Assembly: GCA_015654595.1 (NCBI GenBank)
Contig: JAATGQ010000125.1
Coordinates: 1,209 to 65,208 of the forward strand
Direction of reading: 5' to 3'
DNA length: 64,000 nt
From: Chitinophagales bacterium
GTDB taxonomy: Bacteria > Bacteroidota > Bacteroidia > Chitinophagales > Chitinophagaceae
Shown: piece after piece, positions 1 to 9,485 of the stretch
Layout of the letters: the number at the start of each line of letters is the position of its first letter
Position numbering within the stretch: the first letter of the stretch is position 1
Position numbers and translations under genes: made by a program
Notes under the pieces: model-generated
The model's database searches: none
What the model saw: the letters and a program-made list of their open reading frames with translations, nothing else
What the model was told of the DNA's origin: nothing

Positions 1-1003
1 ACTCGCCAAGGAATTGGCTGGTCAACTGGAATCGGGCCGCACCGATCACCTTTCGGATGCCGACCTCTTTTGCTCTTTCCGTCGACCTGGCCGTGGTAAG
101 ATTGACGAAGTTGATACAGGCGATAAGCAGGATAAAGAGTCCTATGATGGAGAAGATGAATACATTGCTTTTGCTGCCGGACTCGGCGGCGCCTCTCGGG
201 GACCAATACACGTCCTTCAACGGCTCCAAAAAGAGTACATAGTTCTGCTGCGATTCCCGCAGATATTTCCCGATATGATTTTCTATAAATGGCTTCAGCT
301 TGGCCTGAAGCGCATCGCGGCTGGCGCTTGGTTTGAGAAGGATATAGGATACAAGGTTGTAGTTACCCCAGCGGTAGTCGATGGAATCGTTACAGATACG
401 CCTGGTAGAGAACGATACAAACATATCCGCCTTTAAAGAAGAATTATCGGGGATATCCTTCATGATCCCGGTAACTTTAATCGGTACAGAATCGGCCAGT
501 GTCAGCGACTGCCCGATCGGATCGGTGTTACCAAAGTATTTTTTTGCAGTAGTTTGCGACAATACAATGCTGCGCGGCGCCTTGAGCGCGGTATTAGGAT
601 CGCCAGCCACAAGCGGAAAGTCAAGGAGGGAAAAGGCAGTGGAATCGGCAAAGGCAAGACGATCGTTTTGAAATACAGTATTGCCTTTTCTGACAGGCAT
701 GTTGTTATCGTTGATGCGAACAACGGATTCGATCTCGGGATAGTCCGCCTTGAGATTGATCGCGATAGGAGGAGACGTCGATGCCCAGTGAAGCGTCCCC
801 GTCGACGATACGAGGTCGGTTACAACACGATAGACACGATCTCCGTGTTTATTGAAGTTATCGTAGCTCGTCTCAAAACGAACGTACTGAACGATCAGGA
901 AAAAGGCGGCCATACCAACGGCAAGACCGGTAATATTAAGGAAGGAGTAGCCCTTGTGGCGAAATAGGCTGCGGAAGGCTACAATGAAGTAGTTTTTGAG
1001 CAT
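1..1003 (-). CDS. ABC transporter permease (MacB/FtsX-like, Bacteroidota type), 3' end outside window
   Basis: Manual translation from ATG at 1003: MLKNYFIVAFRSLFRHKGYSFLNITGLAVGMAAFFLIVQYVRFETSYDNF..., the same family N-terminus as 31122..33554. Not in the ORF track because it runs off the edge. Confidence 0.9.
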   Translation of the reverse strand, partial: MLKNYFIVAFRSLFRHKGYSFLNITGLAVGMAAFFLIVQYVRFETSYDNFNKHGDRVYRVVTDLVSSTGTLHWASTSPPIAINLKADYPEIESVVRINDNNMPVRKGNTVFQNDRLAFADSTAFSLLDFPLVAGDPNTALKAPRSIVLSQTTAKKYFGNTDPIGQSLTLADSVPIKVTGIMKDIPDNSSLKADMFVSFSTRRICNDSIDYRWGNYNLVSYILLKPSASRDALQAKLKPFIENHIGKYLRESQQNYVLFLEPLKDVYWSPRGAAESGSKSNVFIFSIIGLFILLIACINFVNLTTARSTERAKEVGIRKVIGAARFQLTSQFLGE

Positions 1004-1028
1004 GGTTTTGGATGTTAGAACTCCTAAT

Positions 1029-1044
1029 GCATTAGGAATGCCAA
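1029..1044 (-). promoter_or_regulatory. sigma-54-type -24/-12 promoter for the ABC permease
   Basis: Minus strand reads TTGGCATTCCTAATGC, i.e. GG-N10-GC, ending 26 bp upstream of the ATG. Confidence 0.6.
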
Positions 1045-1096
1045 TTTTGTAAGCAGCTGGCTGAGAGTATATTGCGTTATAGCTGGCGGCCTTGAC

Positions 1097-1130
1097 TGTC
1101 CGGTTTTGATACGCCAGTTGTGCGGTTTTG
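1097..1130. promoter_or_regulatory. tandem putative enhancer-binding-protein sites
   Basis: TGTCCGGTTTTG (1097) and TGTGCGGTTTTG (1119), 22 bp apart, upstream of the sigma-54-like promoter. Confidence 0.45.
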
Positions 1131-1296
1131 GCCGGGCGCGGAGGCCGGCACGATGGAATTGCCGGTGGCGGCGCGGCCGGGGACAGAGCGCTGCAGTCAG
1201 GCAGATTGGAGACCGCGAGGCCTTGTCAAAAGGATAGCAATAAGCGGGTTTTCTTGGCCGGTGCGCCGGTCTATTTTTGTGTTGTAAAGCAAAATT

Positions 1297-2151
1297 ATGG
1301 AAACACAACAGGAAATGAATTATCGGCGGATCGCAGACGCGATCGCTTATTATCAGGAAAATTTTAAGGAGCAGCCCAGCCTTGAACAGGTGGCTGAGCA
1401 TATCCATCTTAGCCCGTTCCATTTCCAACGGATGTTCAAGGAGTGGGCGGGGGTGACGCCAAAGCAGTTCCTCCAGTATCAGACACTGGAATATGCCAAA
1501 GGTCTATTGAACGGCAAAAGCGATACTACTCTATCGGATGCTGCTTTTGAATCGGGGCTTTCCGGCACGGGGAGGCTGCATGATCTCTTCATCAAGATAG
1601 AGGGAATGACGCCCGGGGAGTATAAGAACGGGGGAGAGAATCTGGATATCAACTATCATTATGCGGAGAGTCCTTTTGGAGAGTTGCTGGTGGCGTCGAC
1701 GGTGAAGGGGGTATGCTTTATGACGTTTGCGGACGAGGGAGAGGCCGAGGCCCTCGCCGAGCTCCGGGTCCGCTTCCCAAATGCAAGATATCATGTCCGG
1801 AGTGACGAGTGGCAGCGGATGGCGTTGTCGATCTTCACGCGCAACTGGGATGAGCCGGCAGAAGTAAAGCTCCATTTGAAGGGAACGGCTTTTCAGCTCA
1901 AAGTTTGGGAGTTCCTGTTAAAGATCCCGATGGGCGGGCTGACGAGTTACGGGCAAATAGCGGAGCAGATCGAACATCCAAAGGCGATGCGTGCGGTCGG
2001 TACGGCCATAGGCAGCAATCCGGTTGCTTTTTTGATCCCTTGTCACCGGGTGATCAGAAACGACGGCGCGCTTGGCGGATACCATTGGGGAATCACGCGC
2101 AAGAACGCGATTATAGGATGGGAAGCCGCGAAGGCCGCAGACGCGCGGTAG
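1297..2151 (+). CDS. bifunctional AraC-HTH / methylated-DNA--protein-cysteine methyltransferase (Ada/Ogt-like)
   Basis: N-terminal AraC HTH (LSPFHFQRMFKEWAGVTP) and C-terminal PCHRV active site. Confidence 0.92.
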   Translation: METQQEMNYRRIADAIAYYQENFKEQPSLEQVAEHIHLSPFHFQRMFKEWAGVTPKQFLQYQTLEYAKGLLNGKSDTTLSDAAFESGLSGTGRLHDLFIKIEGMTPGEYKNGGENLDINYHYAESPFGELLVASTVKGVCFMTFADEGEAEALAELRVRFPNARYHVRSDEWQRMALSIFTRNWDEPAEVKLHLKGTAFQLKVWEFLLKIPMGGLTSYGQIAEQIEHPKAMRAVGTAIGSNPVAFLIPCHRVIRNDGALGGYHWGITRKNAIIGWEAAKAADAR

Positions 2152-2190
2152 GCTGGCAGCCGGACAATGTCTACTGCCCGGTAGACAGAT

Positions 2191-2236
2191 GCGCGGTGAT
2201 GGATCGGGCACGATGATGGATCGGGCGCGGTGATGA
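2191..2236. repeat. 17-bp tandem repeat (~2.7 copies) between convergent genes
   Basis: gcgcggtgatggatcgg / gcacgatgatggatcgg / gcgcggtgatga. Confidence 0.7.
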
Positions 2237-2238
2237 TA

Positions 2239-3600
2239 TCAATGAGAGACTGGCCCATCGCTCACTTTGACCCCACCCTTCCAAACGGCATAAATGGTCC
2301 TTGTATTACGAATATCCTGCAGCGGATCTTTTTCGAGTATCAGCAGATCCGCCTTTTTACCCGGCTCGAGCGTCCCCTTGTCTTTATCGATATGAAGCAG
2401 GACTGCTCCATTATGTGTTGAGATCTGCAGTACCTGCATGGGCGTAAGTCCAGCCTGGACCATCAGCGCCATTTCCATGTGTTCGGCAAACCCCTGGGCG
2501 CGAATAGGGCTGGCGCCGGCGTCGGTGCCAAGCGCAACAGGGATACCGGCCTGATAGATCTTCAGCAGATTGGCCAGGGCCTTGGGCAGCGCCTCCTTTT
2601 CCTGTGCGGTAACACTGCTCTTGCCGATCTTCTCTTTATAAGAGGCGCTGGTGATCATATCGTATACGCCTGGCTCAAGCGCATTCTGAAAGAAGGGATC
2701 GTTAAGCCAGTCGGGCGTTCCTTCGTAAGCGTATGCGAAATCATCCAGCGAGAGCGTGGGAATATAGGTGATCTTCTTCTTTTTCATCTTAGCAACGAGG
2801 GCATCGTCGATGACGGAATCACGTATGCTGTGCGCGATGATATCGATCCCCGCGTCGATCAAGCGGCGGGCATCGGAAAGATAATAAAGATGCGCGGCAA
2901 CGCGAAGACCATGTTTATGCGCTTCGCGGATGATCGCTGTATAAACGGCAGGCTGCATGACCTGGTCTTTTTTATATTGACCGTAGAAGTCGTCCACCCA
3001 TATTTTGACCACCTGCGGATGATAGCGGGCCAGTTGTTGAACCATACCTGCAGCTTCCTGCGCAGACTGGGGACGATAGACATGTGTCATTCCCATCGAT
3101 TCAGGGGGCATCGCGCCTTTGACCCCAAACCCAAACAACGCGGAGTAAAAGGCGGCGCCAGGTATCTTTCCGGCCAGTGAAGAGTCCCGCAGCGCAACAC
3201 CGATCGATTGTTCGGTCCCCATAGAAAGGATCGCCGAGACCCCATAGTCCTGGAAACGGAGCAATTGATGACGGACGTTTTCGGGCGTATAATTATCGCC
3301 GGTGGTTGTGGTGCCTTTCAGGTTGCCGACATGGCTGTGACAGTCGATAAGAGAAGGAAGGATATATTTTCCGGTCATGTCGATCTGGATGGCGCCCCCG
3401 GGAACTGCGATCTTACCGCGAGTAACACTTACGATCTTATCCCCTTTTATAATGATGGCCGTATTCGGCATTGCCGGCTTACCGGTCCCATCTATCACGG
3501 TAGCATTGGTCAGGATCGTAGTCGTTTGACCGGCGTCGCCCGACTGGGCGGACGCGAAATAGCTTATCGCAACAAGGGCGATCGACAAAATGGATTTCAT
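2239..3600 (-). CDS. secreted amidohydrolase family protein
   Basis: Signal peptide; LIDCHSH metal motif, AAH, IAHS, ALGTD, GTLEPGKKADL. Confidence 0.88.
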   Translation of the reverse strand: MKSILSIALVAISYFASAQSGDAGQTTTILTNATVIDGTGKPAMPNTAIIIKGDKIVSVTRGKIAVPGGAIQIDMTGKYILPSLIDCHSHVGNLKGTTTTGDNYTPENVRHQLLRFQDYGVSAILSMGTEQSIGVALRDSSLAGKIPGAAFYSALFGFGVKGAMPPESMGMTHVYRPQSAQEAAGMVQQLARYHPQVVKIWVDDFYGQYKKDQVMQPAVYTAIIREAHKHGLRVAAHLYYLSDARRLIDAGIDIIAHSIRDSVIDDALVAKMKKKKITYIPTLSLDDFAYAYEGTPDWLNDPFFQNALEPGVYDMITSASYKEKIGKSSVTAQEKEALPKALANLLKIYQAGIPVALGTDAGASPIRAQGFAEHMEMALMVQAGLTPMQVLQISTHNGAVLLHIDKDKGTLEPGKKADLLILEKDPLQDIRNTRTIYAVWKGGVKVSDGPVSH

Positions 3601-3665
3601 CCATTAAAGTTACAGGATAATTTTCAGGCAGAAACCTGCTGCCCTGCTTCTGCCTGATGGAGCGC

Positions 3666-4115
3666 TTATTTGTCCCCGGCGGGGGCAGGGCTCATCGCGG
3701 TTCCGATGCCGATGCGGTTCCAGGCATTGATCTCGATAATCGCCATAAAAACCTGAGCGAGGTATTGTTCGTCGAAGAGCTGGGCAGCTTCCTGGTAGGT
3801 CTTATCGGATACGTGATGCTGGATCAGCGTCACTTCTTCCGTAAGGGCCAGAATGGCGCGTTCTTCAGGGGTAAAGAAAGGCGTTTCACGCCACGCATTG
3901 AGATTATAGATACGTCGTTCTGTCTCGCCGGCTTTCCTGGCATCCAGGCTATGTTTATCGATACAAAAAGCGCAGCCATTGATCTGGGAAGCGCGGATCT
4001 TGATCAGATCCTTATGCGTCTGTGTAAGCCGGGAGGATTCGATGTATTTTGAAAAAGCATACATAGCACGGTAAGCGGCCGGCTCGGCAGCGTTGATCCT
4101 GATTCTTGTGTCCAT
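3666..4115 (-). CDS. carboxymuconolactone decarboxylase / AhpD-like protein
   Basis: RASQINGCAFC and INAWNR motifs; start placed at MDTRIR (4115), downstream of a -7-like box. Confidence 0.88.
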   Translation of the reverse strand: MDTRIRINAAEPAAYRAMYAFSKYIESSRLTQTHKDLIKIRASQINGCAFCIDKHSLDARKAGETERRIYNLNAWRETPFFTPEERAILALTEEVTLIQHHVSDKTYQEAAQLFDEQYLAQVFMAIIEINAWNRIGIGTAMSPAPAGDK

Positions 4116-4167
4116 GATTATTTGTTTTTGATAACACAAAGCTCGGACGATGAGAAAGGCGAAAAAA

Positions 4168-4179
4168 TAATCATGATTA
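4168..4179. promoter_or_regulatory. palindromic putative Crp-family operator for the AhpD-like gene
   Basis: Perfect palindrome TAATCATGATTA, 24 bp from a minus-strand GAGCTTTG -7-like box, immediately downstream of a Crp/Fnr gene. Confidence 0.5.
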
Positions 4180-4240
4180 AGAAAAAGCAGGCCCCCGTCC
4201 GCATCTCCCGAAGCCCCGGGATGAACCGTTCCGGCCAGCC

Positions 4241-4810
4241 TTACCGCCGGGTCTTTATTTTGCTTACAAACTCAGGGGTAAAACCAAGGTAGGAAGCCAC
4301 CATATACTGCGGAACTCGTTGGACAAATCCCGGGAAGGCATCGTTGAAGTGGTGATATCGTTCCTCGCCGGAGAGCGTATAGATAAAGAGCAGGTTTTGC
4401 TGTGACGCCGCAAAAGCCCGTTGGACGATAAGACGGAAGTACCGGTCGAGCATAGGGATACGGTCGAAAAGCGGGCCGGCAATACTGCGGTCCAATATGG
4501 CTATTTCGGAGTCTTCGACGGCCTGGATATAAAAACGGGAAGGCTTTTCCGCCTCCAGGCTTTGGTAGTCGGTTATCCACCAGTTTTCTATCGCAAACTG
4601 AATGATATGTTCGACACCGCTGTCCTGGATAAAAAACATGCGGAAGCAGCCTTTTAGTACAAAATGATTAGCCGTGCAAAGCTGGTCCTCTTTCAGGAGG
4701 AACTCCTTTTTCCTAACCTTTTTGAAACGGACGGCGCTGATCAGCAAGTCGGCATCGGCTTCCGAAAGCGGGACGAATCTTCTGATATGGGCTATTAGCG
4801 GCTCGAACAT
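4241..4810 (-). CDS. Crp/Fnr family transcriptional regulator
   Basis: cNMP-binding fold plus QRVPQYMVASYLGFTPEFVSKI HTH. Confidence 0.9.
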   Translation of the reverse strand: MFEPLIAHIRRFVPLSEADADLLISAVRFKKVRKKEFLLKEDQLCTANHFVLKGCFRMFFIQDSGVEHIIQFAIENWWITDYQSLEAEKPSRFYIQAVEDSEIAILDRSIAGPLFDRIPMLDRYFRLIVQRAFAASQQNLLFIYTLSGEERYHHFNDAFPGFVQRVPQYMVASYLGFTPEFVSKIKTRR

Positions 4811-4924
4811 ACCCTATAAAGGTAATAAAAGCCGAAAATACTGAAGTTGCTACCATTTTTTCCTAAGGTGTCACCATTTTAGGGAAGCCAAACGGTCGAC
4901 ATTTGCTTTATAAAATCACATCAT

Positions 4925-5689
4925 ATGGCAACAAGAACAAAGATTGCGGTAATAACCGGCGGCAGCCGGGGCCTGGGCAGGAATATGGCGCTTCATCTCG
5001 CCGCTGCGGGGAAAGATATTATCATTACCTATAATAGCAACAAGGAAGAAGCGGAAAAGGTAGTAGCCGAGATCCGGAAATTGGGCCGGCAGGCAGAAGC
5101 GTTTCAGCTCAGCACATCCGATACAAAGGGGATCGATCCCTTTCTGGAACAGGTTACCTCCCATTTAAAACAATATACGGGAAGTCCCAATTTCGATATC
5201 CTGATCAATAATGCGGGCATCGGCGCCAATCATGCGATTGCGGAAACCCCGGATGCAGTGATCGACGAATTGTACAATATCCACGTAAAAGCGGTATTCA
5301 TGCTGACAGAAAAGGCTATCCCTTATTTGAATAGCAATGGCCGGGTAATAAATATTTCGACGGGTCTGACCCGCTTCGTTTACCCCGGATATGCTGCTTA
5401 TGCGACGATGAAGGGCGCTATCGAAGTGTTCACAAAGTATCTGGCAAAAGAATTGGGCGGCCGCGGGATTACGGCCAATGTCATTGCCCCGGGTCTGACG
5501 GAAACGGATTTTACAAAGGGCGGCTTACCCCAGAACGAAGAAGGCAGAAAGCATGTGAATGCGCTCTTCGCCCAGGGCAGGATCGGCCAGCCCGATGATA
5601 TCGGCAATGCGGTCACGCTTATCTGTTCAGACGAAGCGCAGTGGATCACTGCACAGCGGATAGAAGTATCCGGAGGACAACAGCTTTAA
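4925..5689 (+). CDS. SDR family oxidoreductase
   Basis: TGGSRGLG, NNAG and YATMK catalytic motifs. Confidence 0.93.
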   Translation: MATRTKIAVITGGSRGLGRNMALHLAAAGKDIIITYNSNKEEAEKVVAEIRKLGRQAEAFQLSTSDTKGIDPFLEQVTSHLKQYTGSPNFDILINNAGIGANHAIAETPDAVIDELYNIHVKAVFMLTEKAIPYLNSNGRVINISTGLTRFVYPGYAAYATMKGAIEVFTKYLAKELGGRGITANVIAPGLTETDFTKGGLPQNEEGRKHVNALFAQGRIGQPDDIGNAVTLICSDEAQWITAQRIEVSGGQQL

Positions 5690-5715
5690 CCGAAAAAGCT
5701 ACGTAACTTCGTTTC

Positions 5716-6537
5716 ATGAAACAGTTACTTTTTATATCCGCAGGCAAAGCGTTCCCGGAGGGAGCCTTTGCCTTTCTGCATTCGCTGCGGCAGAAGGAAG
5801 CCTTCCATGTAAAGGGATTGTTTTTTAGTCCGCTGGACTATAACGGTATGCTCAGCGCCAGTTATGTTCCGGGTTCAGCCTCTTACGTCCAAACCAAAGA
5901 CAAGGAAAGACAAGCTGTATCGGAAAACAAATCCACTTTCGCACGCAAATGCGGGGAATCCCAGATCAATTTTCAGCTGCACCCAAATGATGAGCCGTGG
6001 GACAAACAGCTTTATATCAAAGAAAGCCGGTTTGCCGATGTCATTATTGTCAGCGGGGAAACGTTTTATTCGGAGATAGATGCCCAGGAGCCAAATCTCT
6101 TCCTGCATGAAGCGCTGCGGGAATCGGAAGCCCCGGTCATCGTCGTCCCCGAAAAGTTTACCGGGTTCGAGCAGGTGTACTTTGCTTATGATGGCAGTAG
6201 GGAAAGTCTGCACGCCCTCAAGCTTTTCACTTATCTGTTCCCCCACCTTACGCGGCTTCCGGCAGAAGTATTGTATGCCAAGGAAGAAGAGTCCGAAGAA
6301 CTGCCCGACCTTGATCTGCTAAAGGACTATGCCGGTTTGCATTATGCCAGTGTCGGATTTTCCAAACTGCACTTCAAAGCTTCTGATTTTTTCCCGTCCT
6401 GGATTGGCGACAAGGAAAATATCTTATTGGTAACGGGCTCTTTCGGTAGAAGCTCGCTTTCCTATCTGGCTAAACGCAGTTTTGCCGAGAAAGTGATCCG
6501 GGATCACAAACACCCCATTTTTATCGCCCACTTATAA
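5716..6537 (+). CDS. universal stress protein-like (tandem USP domains)
   Basis: SRFADVIIV, APVIVVP, FAYDGS, GSFGRS, PIFIAH; paralog of 10055..10876. Confidence 0.8.
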   Translation: MKQLLFISAGKAFPEGAFAFLHSLRQKEAFHVKGLFFSPLDYNGMLSASYVPGSASYVQTKDKERQAVSENKSTFARKCGESQINFQLHPNDEPWDKQLYIKESRFADVIIVSGETFYSEIDAQEPNLFLHEALRESEAPVIVVPEKFTGFEQVYFAYDGSRESLHALKLFTYLFPHLTRLPAEVLYAKEEESEELPDLDLLKDYAGLHYASVGFSKLHFKASDFFPSWIGDKENILLVTGSFGRSSLSYLAKRSFAEKVIRDHKHPIFIAHL

Positions 6538-6564
6538 TCAGGGCTATCGCCCCTAAAGAAGGTC

Positions 6565-6606
6565 GGTCCGCGCGAGGTAAAAGCCTGGCGCGGACCTTTT
6601 TGTTTT
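6565..6606 (+). terminator. rho-independent terminator
   Basis: GGTCCGCGC...GCGCGGACC stem followed by TTTTTGTTTT. Confidence 0.75.
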
Positions 6607-6670
6607 CGGCTGGTGCATCTCGATCGGCATCCTTCCGATAGGGGCCGTCGCAATACGAACCAGCCCTATC

Positions 6671-6779
6671 GGCGCCATGTCAATCCATGGCATGACTTAT
6701 TCTGACATCCGCCCGCACCCAAATCAGCTTTTCTGCTGACGCATGTCAGTTCCCAGGCATCTCCGACGGACTACTTTTA
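6671..6779 (+). promoter_or_regulatory. Fnr/FixK-like box with phased half-sites and -7 promoter element of the YceI operon
   Basis: TGACGCATGTCA at 6737; half-sites in the same 22-bp phase at 6715 (..ATCA), 6693 (TGAC..) and 6671 (..GTCA); TACTTTTA starts 24 bp after the box end. Confidence 0.65.
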
Positions 6780-6821
6780 CTCCGCAATCAAGCAATACTT
6801 AACTAGTAAATAATCACTAAC

Positions 6822-7421
6822 ATGAACGCCAGGTTTTATCTGGCAGCCAGGAAAACAGCGTTTTTCCTGCTGTCCTTTCAATTCTTGTTCTCTTCCGTCA
6901 ACGCCCAAACCCGCTATGCAGGCAGCGCTGCCGATCTCACCGTCAACGGAACGTCGACGCTTCACAACTGGAGCATGAAGTCGGCGAAAGCAGATTGCAC
7001 AGCCCAGTTCGATTTCGCGCCTGGCGGCACCATCGCAGGGCTTCAATCGCTGATCTTTTCTACGCCGGTCAATTTTCTGAAGAGCGAGCATAGCAGTATG
7101 GATAATAATGCCTATAAGGCGCTGAAGACAGATAAGAACCCCACCATCGCTTTTACGATGAGCTCGGTACTGGTAACGCCAGCCGAAGGAGGCGCCAGCA
7201 CGGTTAAGTGCACAGGTAAGTTAACGATTGCCGGCGTTACAAAAGACGTCCAGCTTACTGCCTTGTGTAAACCCAACGCCGATAATACGATCACGGTCAC
7301 CGGATCGCAAACCATCAGTATGTCCGATTTCAAGATCGACCCGCCCACTTTTATGATGGGCACGATCAAGACAGGCAACAACGTAACCCTCGTCTATTCC
7401 ATGATCCTTAAAAAAGCCTGA
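6822..7421 (+). CDS. YceI family protein (periplasmic)
   Basis: Signal peptide; GTSTLHNW, MDNNAYKAL..NPTI, GKLTIAGVTK, MSDFKIDPP. Confidence 0.85.
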   Translation: MNARFYLAARKTAFFLLSFQFLFSSVNAQTRYAGSAADLTVNGTSTLHNWSMKSAKADCTAQFDFAPGGTIAGLQSLIFSTPVNFLKSEHSSMDNNAYKALKTDKNPTIAFTMSSVLVTPAEGGASTVKCTGKLTIAGVTKDVQLTALCKPNADNTITVTGSQTISMSDFKIDPPTFMMGTIKTGNNVTLVYSMILKKA

Positions 7422-7463
7422 CTCATCCAATAACAGAACTTTTACATTTTTCAATTTATTATC

Positions 7464-8798
7464 ATGAAAAAGAGTTTCCAAAACATCGCTTATTTATTGC
7501 TTATTCTTCTATCTGGTCTGGGCCCGGCTGTAGTCCGCGCCCAGGTCTTCCAGGGCAAGATCCCGGGTTTGAGACCTTATGACCAGAGCGGCATCAACTA
7601 CTTCGAAGCCAAAAAAGATACGGCGGCCTATGATGGCTTCAGATTCCGTGTCGGCGCAGGTTTTACGCAGGAATTCCAGAGCCTGAAAGACAAGAACAAC
7701 TTCAGCGAAGTAAGCACGAATCCTTTATATAAGCTGTCGCCGGGCTTTAACCAGGCAGAAGCGAATTTGTATACGGACTTCCTGCTGGCAGACGGTATAC
7801 ATTTGAATGTGACCCTGTATCTGTCGACCCGTCACCACAATGAAACCTGGGTAAAAGGCGGCTACCTGCAATTCGACAAGCTGCCCTTCAAAGGTGAGTT
7901 CTGGGATAATATCATGAAGTACACGACCATCAAGCTGGGACAGTTCGAGATCAACTACGGCGATGCGCACTTCCGCAGAACGGACGGTGGTCATGCACTG
8001 TTCAATCCCTTTATCGAAAACAACATCATAGACGCCTTTGCCACTGAGATCGGCGGTGAAGTCACCGTTCAGAATAAAGGGGTATTCGGGATGGTTGGCT
8101 TAACGAATGGTATGCTGGATGCCAGCATCGACTCGGTAGCGTATACTACGGCCAACGGCGCGATACATAAGAATCCTGCCATCTATTTCAAGGCAGGTGT
8201 GGACAAACAGGTGAACGACCTGGTAAGACTCCGGTTATCGGGATCCTTCTATCACCTCGCCAGCTCATCGAGCAGCGATTTGTACTGGGGTGACCGCGCG
8301 GGTTCCAGTTACTGGATGGTCATGGAAAAGCCCTATACGGTTCCGGCTAGCGGCGAGAGCGCCTATCAAGGCGACGCCTGGTCCGGCAGGGTCAACCCCG
8401 GCTTTACCTATAAAGTGGACGCCGGTATGCTGAATGGTTTTGCAAAAATTGGCGGATTCGAGTTGTTTGGCACGTACGAACACGCAGAAGGCCGCAGCAA
8501 GACAGAAAAAAGCAACCGTCATTTCAACCAGTACTCTGTAGATGGCGTCTATCGCTTCGGACCAAAGGAGAATTTCTTTGTGGGTGCTAAGTATAATTCT
8601 GTGACAGCATTGCTCAACGGGATCAACAACAGTATCACCGTCAATCGTGTGGCTGGCAGCGCAGGCTGGTTCCTTACAAAGAATATCCTGCTGAAAGGCG
8701 AATATGTCACCCAAAAGTATCTCGACTTCCCCACCTCTGATTACAGAAATTCGGGTAAGTTCTATGGTTATGTGATTGCGGCTACGGTTGGCTTCTAA
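7464..8798 (+). CDS. putative outer-membrane beta-barrel protein of unknown function
   Basis: Signal peptide, alternating amphipathic aromatic-rich strands, C-terminal beta-signal YGYVIAATVGF. Confidence 0.72.
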   Translation: MKKSFQNIAYLLLILLSGLGPAVVRAQVFQGKIPGLRPYDQSGINYFEAKKDTAAYDGFRFRVGAGFTQEFQSLKDKNNFSEVSTNPLYKLSPGFNQAEANLYTDFLLADGIHLNVTLYLSTRHHNETWVKGGYLQFDKLPFKGEFWDNIMKYTTIKLGQFEINYGDAHFRRTDGGHALFNPFIENNIIDAFATEIGGEVTVQNKGVFGMVGLTNGMLDASIDSVAYTTANGAIHKNPAIYFKAGVDKQVNDLVRLRLSGSFYHLASSSSSDLYWGDRAGSSYWMVMEKPYTVPASGESAYQGDAWSGRVNPGFTYKVDAGMLNGFAKIGGFELFGTYEHAEGRSKTEKSNRHFNQYSVDGVYRFGPKENFFVGAKYNSVTALLNGINNSITVNRVAGSAGWFLTKNILLKGEYVTQKYLDFPTSDYRNSGKFYGYVIAATVGF

Positions 8799-8841
8799 CC
8801 GGAAGACTTTCACCCGCGTATTCAAATAAAACCGATCCGTT

Positions 8842-9450
8842 ATGATCTCCAATATTTTTCTTCCATCCTTGTTGTGCCTCCTGGCTATCGCTCCAAATGC
8901 GGGAAAGGAAAAAAGCTGCTGGGTCGTAGAAAAGAGCAGCAGTCTTCAGATCGTTGGAAAGACGAATATAAGCAAGTGGTCTTGCGGAGTGGCGGAATAC
9001 GCGGAACCTGATACAATAACATTTTTTGACGAGGGATGCCGCGGACAGGTGCGCGGCATCCCTCTTTGCGGGATCGTGCGGATCAATATCGGAGACTTCG
9101 ACTGCCGCAATTCACTGATGACCGGCGAGTTCAAGAAAACGCTGCAGTATAAACAGTACCCCCAGCTGACGATCTCTTTTTTGAACCTCGACCGGATGCC
9201 CGACGCCGCGGTCAAAGGGGAGACCTTGAGCGGAGAAGTGATGATTGCGCTGGCAGGAGTTGCCAAAAAGGTGGTGATGCGGTATTCTTCTACAAGGGTC
9301 GATGCGACCACCATCGAGCTGACAGGCGAACAATCCTTTTGCTTTGCGGACTTCGGATTAACCCCGCCGCGGAAAATGGGCGGACTGATAAGGGTTTCCG
9401 AAGGGCTGGACGTCCGTTTCCTGCTTTGTTTACACCGAATAAATCATTGA
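8842..9450 (+). CDS. YceI family protein (second, Cys-rich)
   Basis: SSLQIVGKTN, MTGEFKKTL..YPQL, IALAGV, FADFGLTPP; signal peptide. Confidence 0.75.
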   Translation: MISNIFLPSLLCLLAIAPNAGKEKSCWVVEKSSSLQIVGKTNISKWSCGVAEYAEPDTITFFDEGCRGQVRGIPLCGIVRINIGDFDCRNSLMTGEFKKTLQYKQYPQLTISFLNLDRMPDAAVKGETLSGEVMIALAGVAKKVVMRYSSTRVDATTIELTGEQSFCFADFGLTPPRKMGGLIRVSEGLDVRFLLCLHRINH

Positions 9451-9485
9451 ATATCAGAAAAATGAATTCTATTTTAAACAAGACA

